Positions 36,399-47,175 are shown, counted from the first letter of the stretch. The stretch is DNA of 64,000 nucleotides from Eubacteriales bacterium (GCA_045577175.1 JAZNHT010000017.1:18686-82685); one strand, 5' to 3'. The notes: a model not told the origin generated them from the letters alone. Made by a program: numbers and translations.

Positions 36399-37624
36399 AG
36401 AAGATTTTTGCACTCCTTATGCTTGCCGTATTGCTTCTCTCCCTTGTGCCGTCTGCGGCTGCCGTTGAATCAGGCTGGGAGATCGACTACTCCGACAGTG
36501 TGGATTGGAACAAGTTCCGCGATCAGGGGATTACCTTGAACGTCTACAACTGGGGCGAATACATCGCCGTGGACGACGGTGAGGAGGGCGCGTTTGATGT
36601 CAATGCCGCATTTGAGGAGCTTACGGGCATCGATGTCGTGTACTCCAACTTCGCCTCCAATGAGGAATTGTACGCCAAACTAAAAATGGGCGGCAGTCAG
36701 TACGACATTATCATTCCGTCCGACTATATGGTTTCGCGTATGATTAACGAGGGGATGCTGAACAAGCTGAACTACGACAACATTCCCAATTTTGCATACA
36801 CGAATCCGCAGTTTGTAAACCCCGATTACGATCCCACAAACGAGTACTCCGTGCCGTATCTGTGGGGAATTGTCGGTATCATCTATAATACGACGCTTGT
36901 GGATGCAGATGATGACGTGTTTTCGTGGGATATTCTCTGGAACGAGAAATATGCGAACAATATTCTGATGTTCTCCAACTCCCGCGATACGTTTGGCATC
37001 GCATTGAAGAGGCTTGGCTATTCCTTCAATACAACGGATGAGAGCGCGATCCGTGCGGCGGCACAGTCGCTCATTGAGCAGAAGCCGATCGTGCAGGCAT
37101 ACGTCATGGATGAGATTTTCGATAAAATGATCGGCGGTGAGGCAGCACTTGCACCGTATTACGCCGGCGACGCGATCACCATGATGGAGGACAATCCCGA
37201 TCTCGCATTTGCCGTTCCTCAAGAGGGCACGAACATTTTTGTGGATGCGATGTGCATTCCGAAAACTGCCAAGAATCAAGAAGCAGCCGAGATGTACATC
37301 AACTTCATGTGCGAGACGCTCGTGGCACTGAAAAATGCGGAATATGTCGGCTATGCAACGCCGCATACCGAAGCGTTTACGTATCTGGATGAAGAAACGC
37401 AGATGTCCGTCACGTATCCGGATGACGATGTTCTGGGAATCTCGGAGGCATTTATTGCTCTCCCTGACGTAACGACAACGCTTCTGGACGGTCTTTGGAC
37501 GGATATTCTCAGCACCGGTGAATCCAGCCCGTGGGTGACGCCGATATTTCTTGTCATCTGTATCGCGCTCACGCTTGCGATCAACGCATTCAAGCGGCAG
37601 AGAAAGAAAAAGACAAACTTCTGA
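36395..37624 (+). CDS. potD: spermidine/putrescine ABC transporter substrate-binding protein
   Basis: Signal peptide plus a PotD/PotF-like SBP. The unusual C-terminus has an extra TM helix (WVTPIFLVICIALTLAINAF). Confidence 0.75.
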   Translation: MKKIFALLMLAVLLLSLVPSAAAVESGWEIDYSDSVDWNKFRDQGITLNVYNWGEYIAVDDGEEGAFDVNAAFEELTGIDVVYSNFASNEELYAKLKMGGSQYDIIIPSDYMVSRMINEGMLNKLNYDNIPNFAYTNPQFVNPDYDPTNEYSVPYLWGIVGIIYNTTLVDADDDVFSWDILWNEKYANNILMFSNSRDTFGIALKRLGYSFNTTDESAIRAAAQSLIEQKPIVQAYVMDEIFDKMIGGEAALAPYYAGDAITMMEDNPDLAFAVPQEGTNIFVDAMCIPKTAKNQEAAEMYINFMCETLVALKNAEYVGYATPHTEAFTYLDEETQMSVTYPDDDVLGISEAFIALPDVTTTLLDGLWTDILSTGESSPWVTPIFLVICIALTLAINAFKRQRKKKTNF

Positions 37625-37662
37625 TAAAAAAAGAGCACTGCTTCAACAGTGCTCTTTTTGTT
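37625..37662. terminator. bidirectional intrinsic terminator (potD and rnfB)
   Basis: AGAGCACTG-cttcaa-CAGTGCTCT flanked by an A-run and a T-run. Confidence 0.7.
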
Positions 37663-37671
37663 CGCTTTTTC

Positions 37672-38466
37672 TCAAGCGGGATTCTCAACTTGAATGATAC
37701 CGCGTGGGCATTTGGATACGCACGTGCCGCAACCGGTGCATTTTTCGTAATCGATTACGGCGATCTTGCCGTCCGCGAGGGTGATCGCGCCGATCGGGCA
37801 GGATTTTTCGCAAAGGCGGCAGCTGATACAGCCTGCTTCGCACTGCATACGTACCGTTTTTCCCTTCTCGGGGGAGGCACACCGCACGAAATAGTGGCTG
37901 TCGTACGGGATCATGCGGATGATTCCCTTCGGGCAGATGTCCACGCACACACCGCAGCTGCGGCATTTGTCCCGATCCGCTACCGCAACGCCGTCAACGA
38001 TGGCGAGCGCACCGTACACGCATTTTTCTACGCAGCTGCCGAGACCGATGCATCCGGCGGCACAGAATTTGTCTCCGCCGCCGAGCACCTCTGCCGCATG
38101 GCAGTCCGTGATGTCCTGGTAGTGGAAACGGTGTTTTGCCGTGCCGTACGCGCCGGAGCAGAGGACGTGCGCGACCATTTTGCGCTGCTTTTCGACCTTC
38201 ACGCCCATGATCTCACCGATTTTTGTGACGTCATCGGTGGAGGGGCAGGCAGTTGGCTTGGCCTCGCCCTTCACGATTGCCTCTGCGAGAGAGGCGCAGC
38301 CTGCGTAGCCGCATCCGCCGCAGTTTGCACCCGGCAGACACTCAATAATTTCATCAATACGCGGATCGCGCGTGACGCGCAAGAGCTTGGAGGCGATCGC
38401 AAGGATCAGTCCCGTGGCGATGCCAAGTCCCGCAAAGATGAGAACGGGAAGAAGAATTTCTTTCAT
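37672..38466 (-). CDS. rnfB: Rnf complex subunit B (polyferredoxin)
   Basis: N-terminal TM, CGGCGYAGC, and multiple CxxCxxCxxxCP clusters. Confidence 0.85.
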   Translation of the reverse strand: MKEILLPVLIFAGLGIATGLILAIASKLLRVTRDPRIDEIIECLPGANCGGCGYAGCASLAEAIVKGEAKPTACPSTDDVTKIGEIMGVKVEKQRKMVAHVLCSGAYGTAKHRFHYQDITDCHAAEVLGGGDKFCAAGCIGLGSCVEKCVYGALAIVDGVAVADRDKCRSCGVCVDICPKGIIRMIPYDSHYFVRCASPEKGKTVRMQCEAGCISCRLCEKSCPIGAITLADGKIAVIDYEKCTGCGTCVSKCPRGIIQVENPA

Positions 38467-38485
38467 ATCGTATCTCCCTTCCGGC

Positions 38486-39067
38486 TCAGGCGAAGCTGAT
38501 GCCGCTGAAGCCCGAGAATGCCATGGCGACCAGTCCTGCCGCAATCAGAATGAGGGGGAATCCGGCAAAGGATTTCGGCGGATGCGCGTACTTCATGCGC
38601 TCGCGCACACCGGCAAAGATTACGATTGCCAATGTGAAGCCGAGGGCGGCGGAGAAGCCGTAGACGACCGATTCAATGAACGTATATCCCTCGCTTACGT
38701 TCAGAAGTGCCGCACCGAGGACGGCGCAGTTCGTCGTAATCAGCGGCAGATAAATGCCGAGCGCACTGTAGAGCGCGGGGATGAATTTTCTGAGGAACAT
38801 CTCAATGAACTGCACGAGCGTCGCAATAATCAGAATAAACGCGATCGTCGTGAGGTATTCGATCTTCGCCGGGACAAGTATGTAGTGGTATACCGCATAG
38901 GTGACCGCGCCGGAGATCGTCATGACGAAGGTGACAGCCATGCCCATGCCGAGGGCGGTGTCCGGCTTTTCCGATACACCGATGAAGGGGCAGATCCCGT
39001 AGAACTTCGAGAAGATGAAGTTTTCCGTCAGAATCGCACCCAGCATCAAAATGAAAATTTCACTCAT
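38486..39067 (-). CDS. rnfA: Rnf complex subunit A
   Basis: MSEIFILMLGAILTENFIF. Confidence 0.9.
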   Translation of the reverse strand: MSEIFILMLGAILTENFIFSKFYGICPFIGVSEKPDTALGMGMAVTFVMTISGAVTYAVYHYILVPAKIEYLTTIAFILIIATLVQFIEMFLRKFIPALYSALGIYLPLITTNCAVLGAALLNVSEGYTFIESVVYGFSAALGFTLAIVIFAGVRERMKYAHPPKSFAGFPLILIAAGLVAMAFSGFSGISFA

Positions 39068-39735
39068 GTGTCTGCCTCCTTCGCCCGTTCGGCTTTTGCT
39101 TTTTCACGTTTTTCGCTCCATGTACGGTATTTGTTAAATGCCGCACAAAGGAAGCCGAGCGTCAGAAATGCGCCTGCCGGCATGATAAAGATCGTTGCGG
39201 GCGGATACCAATCGCCAAGCACGCGGATACCGCCGCTGCCGTCCGCTGCGGCAAAGAGGATGCCCGTGCCGAGCAGCTCGCGCACGAAAGCGAGTGCAAT
39301 CAAGGCGAGTGTGTAGCCGACGCCGGAGGCAAGACCGTCAATAATGGAGGGCAGGGGCTTGTTTTTCGATGCAAAGGATTCCGCCTTTGCGAGAATGATG
39401 CAGTTTACAACGATCAGCGGAATAAACAAACCGAGTGATTTGTCAAGCGCAGGCAGAAAAGCCCGCACGATCAGCTCGACCGCCGTGACGAATCCCGAAA
39501 TAATCAGGATAAACGCCGCAATGCGCACCTGCTTCGGGATACAGTGCCGCAGGATGGAAATAAACAGATTGGAAAAGATGAGCACGGCAGTGAAGGAAAG
39601 TCCCATGCCGATGGCATTTGTGACGGAGGTCGTGACGGCGAGTGTGGAGCACATGCCCAAAAACTGCACCAGTACCGGGTTGTTTGTCACAATGCCGTCC
39701 TTCATCTGGGAGAGGAAGGTTGGTTTTTTGTTCAT
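39064..39735 (-). CDS. rnfE: Rnf complex subunit E
   Basis: NNPVLVQFLGMCSTLAVTT. Confidence 0.9.
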   Translation of the reverse strand: MNKKPTFLSQMKDGIVTNNPVLVQFLGMCSTLAVTTSVTNAIGMGLSFTAVLIFSNLFISILRHCIPKQVRIAAFILIISGFVTAVELIVRAFLPALDKSLGLFIPLIVVNCIILAKAESFASKNKPLPSIIDGLASGVGYTLALIALAFVRELLGTGILFAAADGSGGIRVLGDWYPPATIFIMPAGAFLTLGFLCAAFNKYRTWSEKREKAKAERAKEADT

Positions 39736-39768
39736 AAAGGATTGCTGCCTTTCTGAGAGGTTAGCGGA

Positions 39769-41322
39769 TTAAAATTCGAAGGAATCATCGGAAGTTTCGG
39801 CTTCTTCGGTCGTTTCGGGAGAAGAATATACGGGGGATGAATATTCGGGCTCTGTGTCTGTTTCCGCGGAGGTGTCCTCGGGAAGTGTTTTTGCTTCTGT
39901 TTCGGTTTCCGTTTCGGGGGATGTGTCCTCCGCAAGCGGTTCCGTGTCGGTTTCCGGTGCAACGGTTTCTTCTTCCGGTTCCGTTTCGGGCGGATCTGTT
40001 TCCTCCGGTACGGGATCGGTATCATCAGGGACAGGCACCGTTTCCGGCGGTTCTGTCGTTTCATCTGCGAAGACTGTATCGGAGCCGGCGATGATTACGT
40101 TGTTCGTCTCCTCTGCGGTATCGATCGGATCGACGGAGGGGAGCGTTTCCTCGGCGGAGGTGTCCGCCGATCCTGTTGTTTCGGCGGCGGTGTCCTCGGG
40201 GATCGGCTCTGTTTCCGGTTCCGCAGGTGCTGTATCGGCAGGCGTTGTATCCGCTGCCGGCGTATCGGTGACGGGCGGCGGAGCAGTCTGTGCTGTGCTG
40301 ACCGTCAGGCTGTTTTCTGCCGCGATTTTCCGTGCATCAAGATCGAGAGAAAGGGCGGCGTTTACCGCGCGGGTTACGGCACGGGAGGATACGGTAGCAC
40401 CTGAGATGGCGTCAATATTTTCACCGATTACAAACAGTTCACTTCCGCGGAACTGATCGAGGAAGGAGGGACTTTTTGTTTTTGTTCCGATGCCGGGGGT
40501 TTCCGCCATGGATATGATTTCGATGCCGCAGACGGCACCGTTTGTGTCAAGTCCGACCATCAGCGACATAACACCGCCGAATCCGTTCTCCGTTACGGAT
40601 ATACAGAATCCGACAAGCTCGTTTTCACGGATGGCGAGATACGTTTCACGACCGCCCTCCGTGTTGTACAGGGAGGCGTATGTAGCCTCTGTGAAGATCG
40701 CCAAAACAGCGTTTTGCTTTTCCTGTGCGGCGTTGTGGGCGATCCGATCCTTCGTGACAGCGTTGACCGCCGCAAGCATCAGCGATACCGCGATGCAGAT
40801 AATAACCAGCGGCAGGCAGATGGCGAGAATGCCGGCTTCTTTTTTCTCGGGTTTGGCAGGCGGCACCGATGTGGGGAGTTCCTTTTCCTCCGAAGTTTCT
40901 TCTCTTTTCGGGGGGGATTCGGGTGCAATGCCTTTTTCCTTTTGTTTTTTCTTCTTCTTATCAGCCGTGTTCGGTCGCGAGGGCTTTTCCTCTTTCGGTG
41001 CGACATCAACCGGCGCAGGTTCTGCGATAGGCTCGGGCTCTGCGATCGGCTCGGGCTCGGCGATCGGCACGGGCTCGGCAACCGATGCAGGCACGGAGGT
41101 TGGTTCTTCTGCGGCTTCGGGAGCACTTTCCGCGACGATATTGGCTTCCGTGTCGTCCGTGATTACCAGATCGTCTGTAATATTCAGATGATCGGCGACA
41201 TCGGGGTCGTACGTGATTTCCAGATCGTCCCAGCTGTCCGCCTTTTCAGCGTTTTTCTTGACATCGGACGGTACCGCGGGCTTCTTTTCCTCGGTCTGTG
41301 CGTTATTTTTCTTTTCTTTCAC
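39769..41322 (-). CDS. rnfG: Rnf complex subunit G with long N- and C-terminal low-complexity extensions
   Basis: Central FMN-binding domain (SGATVSSRAV). There are three PIAEPE repeats N-terminally and an acidic T/E/P/D-rich tail of about 190 aa. Confidence 0.75.
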   Translation of the reverse strand: MKEKKNNAQTEEKKPAVPSDVKKNAEKADSWDDLEITYDPDVADHLNITDDLVITDDTEANIVAESAPEAAEEPTSVPASVAEPVPIAEPEPIAEPEPIAEPAPVDVAPKEEKPSRPNTADKKKKKQKEKGIAPESPPKREETSEEKELPTSVPPAKPEKKEAGILAICLPLVIICIAVSLMLAAVNAVTKDRIAHNAAQEKQNAVLAIFTEATYASLYNTEGGRETYLAIRENELVGFCISVTENGFGGVMSLMVGLDTNGAVCGIEIISMAETPGIGTKTKSPSFLDQFRGSELFVIGENIDAISGATVSSRAVTRAVNAALSLDLDARKIAAENSLTVSTAQTAPPPVTDTPAADTTPADTAPAEPETEPIPEDTAAETTGSADTSAEETLPSVDPIDTAEETNNVIIAGSDTVFADETTEPPETVPVPDDTDPVPEETDPPETEPEEETVAPETDTEPLAEDTSPETETETEAKTLPEDTSAETDTEPEYSSPVYSSPETTEEAETSDDSFEF

Positions 41323-42418
41323 GGTTGTAACCTCCGAATCGTACGGGCATTGTATAGCGGTCGATGTACCATACGAACAAATTCATAATGAGAATCGAGA
41401 AGGACACGCCCTCAACATAGCCGCCGAAATAGCGGATGAACACGGTAATCAGTCCGCATCCGATGCCGAAGATCACACGCCCCTTGGCGGTGACGGGCGA
41501 TGTCGCGTAATCCGTTGCCATGAAGAACGCACCGAGCATCAGACCGCCGGAGAGGAGCTCACACAGCATAAAATCGATCGGCGTGGAGGACGCACGGGGG
41601 AAGAAAAGCGTGAGCGCGGCGACCGTGCCGAGATAGGCGACGGGAATGTGCCACGTAATCACACGGCGGATCAGGAGATACACACCGCCCGCGATCAGAA
41701 GCAGGGAGGAGACTTCACCGATACATCCCCCGATATTGCCGAAAAAGAGATCGGTCATCGTGACATCGGGGAGTACACCTGCTTTCAGGGAAGCAAGAGG
41801 TGTGGCGGAAGCCACAACATCCGCAGAGGCAAGCGTAGTCAGCTTTGTGCCGAACGCAGGGAAGGTGCCCATCTCATTCGGCCACGCAAAGAGGAATACG
41901 CGTGCCGCTAAGGCGGGGTTTACAATATTTTTGCCGATGCCGCCGAAAAGCTGCTTTACGACAATGATGGCGAAGAATGCGCCAACGATGGGAATCCAGA
42001 TCGGAACGGCAACGGAGAGATTCATCGCAAGCAGCAGACCGGTCACGGCGGCGGAAAAATCGCCGATTGTGACGGGACGGCGAAGAATGAGCTGGAACAG
42101 TGCTTCAAACAGCACACAGGCGGCAACGGAGACGATGCCGATCATCAGTGCGCGGAGACCGAATACGTAGACGCCCCAGATAAACGCTGGGAGCAGTGCG
42201 AGGATTACGTCCAGCATGACGGTGCGTGTAGTATCGTGCGTACGCAGATGCGGCGCGGGAGAAATGATCGGGATATACGTCCCCTCCGCAAGCAGAGCGT
42301 CTGTCCGTGCTTTCGCTTCGGCTGCCGGATCGGACTCAGCCTGCGCCGTCTCGGCGGTGTCCGCCGTTTCGGTCACTTCGACCGTTTCCTCTGCCGTGTT
42401 TTTTTCGTTCATATCCAT
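41303..42418 (-). CDS. rnfD: Rnf complex subunit D
   Basis: NqrB/RnfD family core with an acidic N-terminal extension of about 50 aa. Start taken at MDMNEK. Confidence 0.85.
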   Translation of the reverse strand: MDMNEKNTAEETVEVTETADTAETAQAESDPAAEAKARTDALLAEGTYIPIISPAPHLRTHDTTRTVMLDVILALLPAFIWGVYVFGLRALMIGIVSVAACVLFEALFQLILRRPVTIGDFSAAVTGLLLAMNLSVAVPIWIPIVGAFFAIIVVKQLFGGIGKNIVNPALAARVFLFAWPNEMGTFPAFGTKLTTLASADVVASATPLASLKAGVLPDVTMTDLFFGNIGGCIGEVSSLLLIAGGVYLLIRRVITWHIPVAYLGTVAALTLFFPRASSTPIDFMLCELLSGGLMLGAFFMATDYATSPVTAKGRVIFGIGCGLITVFIRYFGGYVEGVSFSILIMNLFVWYIDRYTMPVRFGGYNRERKEK

Positions 42419-42450
42419 AAAAGGCAGTATGTCCTTTCGTTTTGATGGGA

Positions 42451-43782
42451 TTATTTTTTCAGAAGGGCGAGCTTTTTGATGCCCGTCTTGGCGATACGGA
42501 TGTCGTTGGTCAGCTCCAGTCCGCCCGGGCAGTTGTAGGAGCACGTGCCGCATTCCACGCAGGACATCGCGCCGAACTGCTCCGCACGGTCAAATTCACG
42601 GGAGCGGGAGAACTGCGCGATATAATTCGGCATCAGAAACATCGGGCAGTTTTTGACGCACCGACCGCAGCGGATGCAGGCAGGCGGCGTGCCGTCCGTA
42701 TAGACGTGCTTCTGGGAAAGGAGCAAAATTGCGGACGTGCCCTTGGTGACGGACATGTTCGGATCCCACACAGCACGTCCCATCATGGGACCGCCGGTGA
42801 CGATTTTCTTTGGCGTCTTTGTCAGACCGCCGCAGAAATCGATCAGATCGCGGAAGGAAGCGCCGATCGGCGCAAGCACGTTCTTCGGCTCGGCGATACA
42901 GTCGCCGTCCACGGTAACGATGCGCTTGACAAGCGGCATACCGTGCGCGAACGCATTGAACACGGCGGCGCACGTCTCCGCGTTGAAGATCACACAGCCG
43001 ACCTCGGCGGGGAGCTTGCCGGCAGGCAGCTCGCGTCCGGTCAGTGCGTAGATGAGCTGACGCTCGTCTCCCTGCGGATACTTCGTTTTCAGAATCTTCA
43101 CGGAGATCATCTCACTGCCTGCGATGAGGGCTTCAATCTTGTTTGCCGCGTCGAGCTTGTTGTCTTCGATGGCGATGTATGCCGTATGTACGCCGAGTGC
43201 CTTGAGCAGAATCTTCACGCCGTTAATGAGCGAGGCGGGATTTTCCAGCATCAGGCGGTGGTTGGCGCAGATGAACGGCTCGCACTCCGCGCAGTTTATG
43301 ATGATCCGATCCGCCTTGCCGATCGCGGAGGAAATTTTTGCGTGGGTGGGGAAGGTGGCACCGCCCATGCCGGAGATGCCGGCCTTCTTCACGATTTCGA
43401 TGATTTCCTTCGGTGAGGTATCCGTGAGTGCCTTGTCAAACGGCTTCACGGTGTCGGCAGGGGTGTCCAGCATATCGTTTTCGATCACGATGTTCGGGAG
43501 CTTGTTGCCGAAGGGAGCGTATTTTTCCTCAATAGCGATTACCTTGCCCGATACACTTGCATGGACGGGACAGGAAAGACCGCTCGGTGCCTCGCCGATG
43601 CACTGTCCGACTGAGACCGTGTCACCGACCTTGACCGTCGGGGTGCAGGGAGCACCGATGTGCTGGAGAAGCGGAATGGATACCGTTTTGGGGGACGGAA
43701 GCGTTTCGATCCGTTTTCCGCGTGTGTTTTTATGTTCTTCAAGATGAATGCCGCTGCGGAAGGTATAAGCCAAAAATATCAC
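42451..43782 (-). CDS. rnfC: Rnf complex subunit C
   Basis: NADH-binding SGMGGATFPTH motif and two 4Fe-4S motifs. Confidence 0.9.
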   Translation of the reverse strand: MIFLAYTFRSGIHLEEHKNTRGKRIETLPSPKTVSIPLLQHIGAPCTPTVKVGDTVSVGQCIGEAPSGLSCPVHASVSGKVIAIEEKYAPFGNKLPNIVIENDMLDTPADTVKPFDKALTDTSPKEIIEIVKKAGISGMGGATFPTHAKISSAIGKADRIIINCAECEPFICANHRLMLENPASLINGVKILLKALGVHTAYIAIEDNKLDAANKIEALIAGSEMISVKILKTKYPQGDERQLIYALTGRELPAGKLPAEVGCVIFNAETCAAVFNAFAHGMPLVKRIVTVDGDCIAEPKNVLAPIGASFRDLIDFCGGLTKTPKKIVTGGPMMGRAVWDPNMSVTKGTSAILLLSQKHVYTDGTPPACIRCGRCVKNCPMFLMPNYIAQFSRSREFDRAEQFGAMSCVECGTCSYNCPGGLELTNDIRIAKTGIKKLALLKK

Positions 43783-43930
43783 CTCTTGCGGTTTTATGTA
43801 TTGTAATGATAATATTATACAATATATGCGAACAAATTACAATAGGTATTCGGCAAAAATGCAAAAAGAAAGCGCAAAAAAGAGCACGGATCGGGGGCAT
43901 TCCGTGCTCTTTTGGCTCAATTTAAGCGTT

Positions 43931-45199
43931 TCAGCCGTATACGAACCAGATATAGAGATACGCAGGAATGATTGCTGCAAGCGTGAACGGGATACCGATG
44001 CGGAAGAAGTCACCGTTTTTCACGGTGTATCCCTCACGGCGGAGAATGCCGATGCCCGTGATATTCGCGGAAGCGCCGATCGGTGTGCAGTTGCCGCCGA
44101 GCGTTGCGCCGGAGAGGAGTCCGAAATAAAGCACGGTCGGATCCATGCTCAAAGAGGCGGCGAGTCCGCCGATAACGGGGATCATCGTGGCAACGTACGG
44201 GATGTTGTCAATAAATGCGGAGATCACCACCGATGCCCATACGATCAGCGTGTACAGGAGGAATACGTTGCCGCCGCCCAGCGATTTGAGCAGGTTTGCC
44301 GCCGCATCGATCACGCCCATGTGGTCGATACCGCCGATCATCAGAAACAGACCGAACAGAAGCCCGATCGTTTCAAAATCGATTGCTTTCAGAGGTGCAA
44401 TTGCCGCCTTTGCCGACTTGTTTTTGATGCACGTGTACAAAAGCCCGATGAGTAAAAGACCCATGCAGATGAGACCGTTGGTAGTGTCCGGCTTGTTTTC
44501 GATAAAGGAGGCAGCGACGAGCAGTGCGATGGTTGCAAGCAGGAGAACGGTCGGGACGAAATCGGTGACGACGGTGCGCTGACCGGTCTGCTCCACTCTG
44601 CCTTTCTCTTTGCGGAACAGATAGGCGAGAATCAGTGCCGAGATAACCGCACCGAGCTCTACTGCGAAGAAAATACTCGGTCTGCCCTTGTACCAGAAGA
44701 AATCAAGGAAGCTCATGCCGGCCTCCGAGCCGAGCATGATCGCCGTTGTGTCACCGACGAGCGTAGCCGCGCCCTGCAGGTTCGACGATACCGCGATGCC
44801 GATAATGAACGGCACGGGGTTTGTGTTCAGCTTTTTGCAGATGGCGAGCGCGACGGGGGCGACCATCAGAACTGTTGCCACGTTATCCACAAAGGCGGAG
44901 ATAATGCCGGAAAACAGGGCAAGGGAAACCGCCGCCATCTGCACATTCGGCACTTTTTCCATCACGAGATCGGCAAGCAGCGCAGGCATTTTGCTGTCGA
45001 TGAACAATTGCACAAGTCCCATTGTACCGGCAATCATAAGGAGCACGTTGAAGTCGATTGCGCCAAAGAAATTTCCGTACGGAAGCATTCCTGTGACGAG
45101 AAAGACAGCCGCGGAAGCGATGGCGATCCACGGACGCCATTTCGAGAAGACGAGCATCAGGACGTAGGTGACGGCAAACAGAATGATTGCGTAGATCAT
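43931..45199 (-). CDS. ArsB/NhaD/CitMHS-superfamily anion permease
   Basis: About 12 TM helices with a duplicated permease fold; GGAGG RBS before MIYAIILF. Confidence 0.6.
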   Translation of the reverse strand: MIYAIILFAVTYVLMLVFSKWRPWIAIASAAVFLVTGMLPYGNFFGAIDFNVLLMIAGTMGLVQLFIDSKMPALLADLVMEKVPNVQMAAVSLALFSGIISAFVDNVATVLMVAPVALAICKKLNTNPVPFIIGIAVSSNLQGAATLVGDTTAIMLGSEAGMSFLDFFWYKGRPSIFFAVELGAVISALILAYLFRKEKGRVEQTGQRTVVTDFVPTVLLLATIALLVAASFIENKPDTTNGLICMGLLLIGLLYTCIKNKSAKAAIAPLKAIDFETIGLLFGLFLMIGGIDHMGVIDAAANLLKSLGGGNVFLLYTLIVWASVVISAFIDNIPYVATMIPVIGGLAASLSMDPTVLYFGLLSGATLGGNCTPIGASANITGIGILRREGYTVKNGDFFRIGIPFTLAAIIPAYLYIWFVYG

Positions 45200-45272
45200 G
45201 GGGTGCCTCCAAAATATATGGTTTGATTGGGAAAACAGATTGGTCGAAAAGCAGGGAGGACAGTTGTTTTTG

Positions 45273-46169
45273 TCAGTTCTCACTCCGCAAGTCATTCAGA
45301 AGCATACCGCTGTACATCGGTACGCCAAAACGGTCGGAAAAGAGCTTGCATTTGCACATGAAAATGTAGTATACGTTCATGCCGCAGCCGCGGAGTGTTT
45401 CAAAATTCGCCTGCCCCTTGGCGAGGATCACATCTGCCGCTGAAAGTTTTTCGACCGTGACCTCCGAGACATCCGTCAGGCACGTTCCGGCGATTGCAGA
45501 GCCGTTATCGCTTACCGGCAGAAGATCGCCCAGACCGACCTGCGCGGCATCGTCTGTGGTCGCATCGTTCAAAACGGGTGCGCCGCGCACGATTGCCTCT
45601 GCCTGAATGTGCGGAAACTGCCGTAAAATCTCGGCGATCAGGATTTTGTCGAGCACGATCTCGCCGCAGTTGTCCGTGAGAAAAACAAGCCGTTTTGCGC
45701 GTGCGAGATCGTCCTTGAGACGGGCAAATTCCGCATCGCTGTAAACGAGATTCCTTGCGCCGTCAAGCATGGCGGAGAGCTTTTTTTCGTCAATCTTCGC
45801 CACCGTGCCGAAGTCGATATAGTTGCCGAGCATCGAGTAGGAAAGCGCAAGCCGCAAGGGATCTTCTGCTTCGTGTACCGCGTTTGCGAGCGTCTTGGCG
45901 CGTGCCGACATCAGATCGTTGAAATACCGCTTCGCCTCGCTCACATCCTCCACCGTTCCGAAGATTTCCTTCGCGGCGGCGGTGAATTTTGCAACCAGCT
46001 CGGGCGCGCTTTTGTCCATTGTCGATTCCGCGAGCGTGCGGCAGACTGCCTGCCTGTAGCGGATGATGTCTGCCTCGCTTGCGTCTGCCGGATGCTTGTG
46101 CAGATATTTCTCCGCAAGACAGGAGATACACAGCGATGTCAGACGGGTAACGGGTTTTATATGCGTCAT
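45273..46169 (-). CDS. DUF89/ARMT1-like damage-control phosphatase family protein
   Basis: N-terminal CISC motif and DUF89-like length; weak by-eye assignment. Confidence 0.45.
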   Translation of the reverse strand: MTHIKPVTRLTSLCISCLAEKYLHKHPADASEADIIRYRQAVCRTLAESTMDKSAPELVAKFTAAAKEIFGTVEDVSEAKRYFNDLMSARAKTLANAVHEAEDPLRLALSYSMLGNYIDFGTVAKIDEKKLSAMLDGARNLVYSDAEFARLKDDLARAKRLVFLTDNCGEIVLDKILIAEILRQFPHIQAEAIVRGAPVLNDATTDDAAQVGLGDLLPVSDNGSAIAGTCLTDVSEVTVEKLSAADVILAKGQANFETLRGCGMNVYYIFMCKCKLFSDRFGVPMYSGMLLNDLRSEN

Positions 46170-47068
46170 GATTTATCCTCCGGAAAGATCGGTTGAGGTA
46201 CGGTCAGCTTTTTGCGAAACTGCTTCGGGGTGATCCCTCGGTGCTTTTTGAACAGCGAGATAAAATGGCTTGCGCTGGAGAAGCCTGCGGCAAGCGCGAT
46301 GTCCGTCACGCTGTCCTCCGTGGAGATGAGCAGCTTCTCCGCTTCGTGTATGCGCAGAATCTGGATATAATCGAGAAAGCTCTGACCGGTCCATTTGCGG
46401 AACGCGGCGGAGAAGTAGTGGTACGTCAGTCCGCACGCTTCGGCAGTGGTCTGCTCCGTTACGGTCGGGAGATTCTGCGAGATGTGCGCGAGCGCCTTTT
46501 TCATCGTTTCCGATGGCTGTACATGCGGAATTGTCAGATCGTTTTTGCTCCAGTATCGGAAAATCGCTGCAAAAATTTTCAGAATGTCCGCACGGATGAT
46601 TAGCTCGTAGGCTGTCTTTTTTCTCTCCCATTCGCGCATGATCTCCTTAGTGAGCTGCTGCGTTTTCGTGCCGCGGAGCTGCTCCTTTGTGAAAAATTTC
46701 GGCAGCGGTGTCTGGGAGATGAACGGGATCAGATACTTCAGCTCAAGCAGTGCCTGCTCGTCCGCGTACAGGATGCCGGGGGAAAATTTGACGCAGATGT
46801 ATTCCGCCTCCGCATCAAACGTGACTGTGTGATAGTCGCCCGAGTTGATGATGACCAGATCGCCCTCGCCGAGCGGGTGGCAGGTGCCGCTGATCCATAC
46901 GTTTGCACCGGGCTTGATTCCGTAGAGAAATTCTATGTAATCGTGGTAATGATACCGCGGCGCGGTATATTGCCGTACCTCGGTTATATGAAACCGCAGG
47001 CAGTGAATCCAGCTTTTTACACCGCCTATGACAAACGGTTCTTCCGCAAAAGCGTTCATAATTTTCAT
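46166..47068 (-). CDS. AraC-family transcriptional regulator (cupin plus HTH)
   Basis: C-terminal AraC HTH (ALAAGFSSASHFISLFKKHRGITPKQFR) and an N-terminal cupin sugar-binding domain. Confidence 0.8.
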   Translation of the reverse strand: MKIMNAFAEEPFVIGGVKSWIHCLRFHITEVRQYTAPRYHYHDYIEFLYGIKPGANVWISGTCHPLGEGDLVIINSGDYHTVTFDAEAEYICVKFSPGILYADEQALLELKYLIPFISQTPLPKFFTKEQLRGTKTQQLTKEIMREWERKKTAYELIIRADILKIFAAIFRYWSKNDLTIPHVQPSETMKKALAHISQNLPTVTEQTTAEACGLTYHYFSAAFRKWTGQSFLDYIQILRIHEAEKLLISTEDSVTDIALAAGFSSASHFISLFKKHRGITPKQFRKKLTVPQPIFPEDKS

Positions 47069-47175
47069 CCAATCGTAAAAATTTGATATTTTACTGTAAA
47101 GATATTATATCATATTCGCGCGTGATGTGCTATACTTTTTTCAGAAATATTTATCCGAGAGGAGATTTTTTTACT

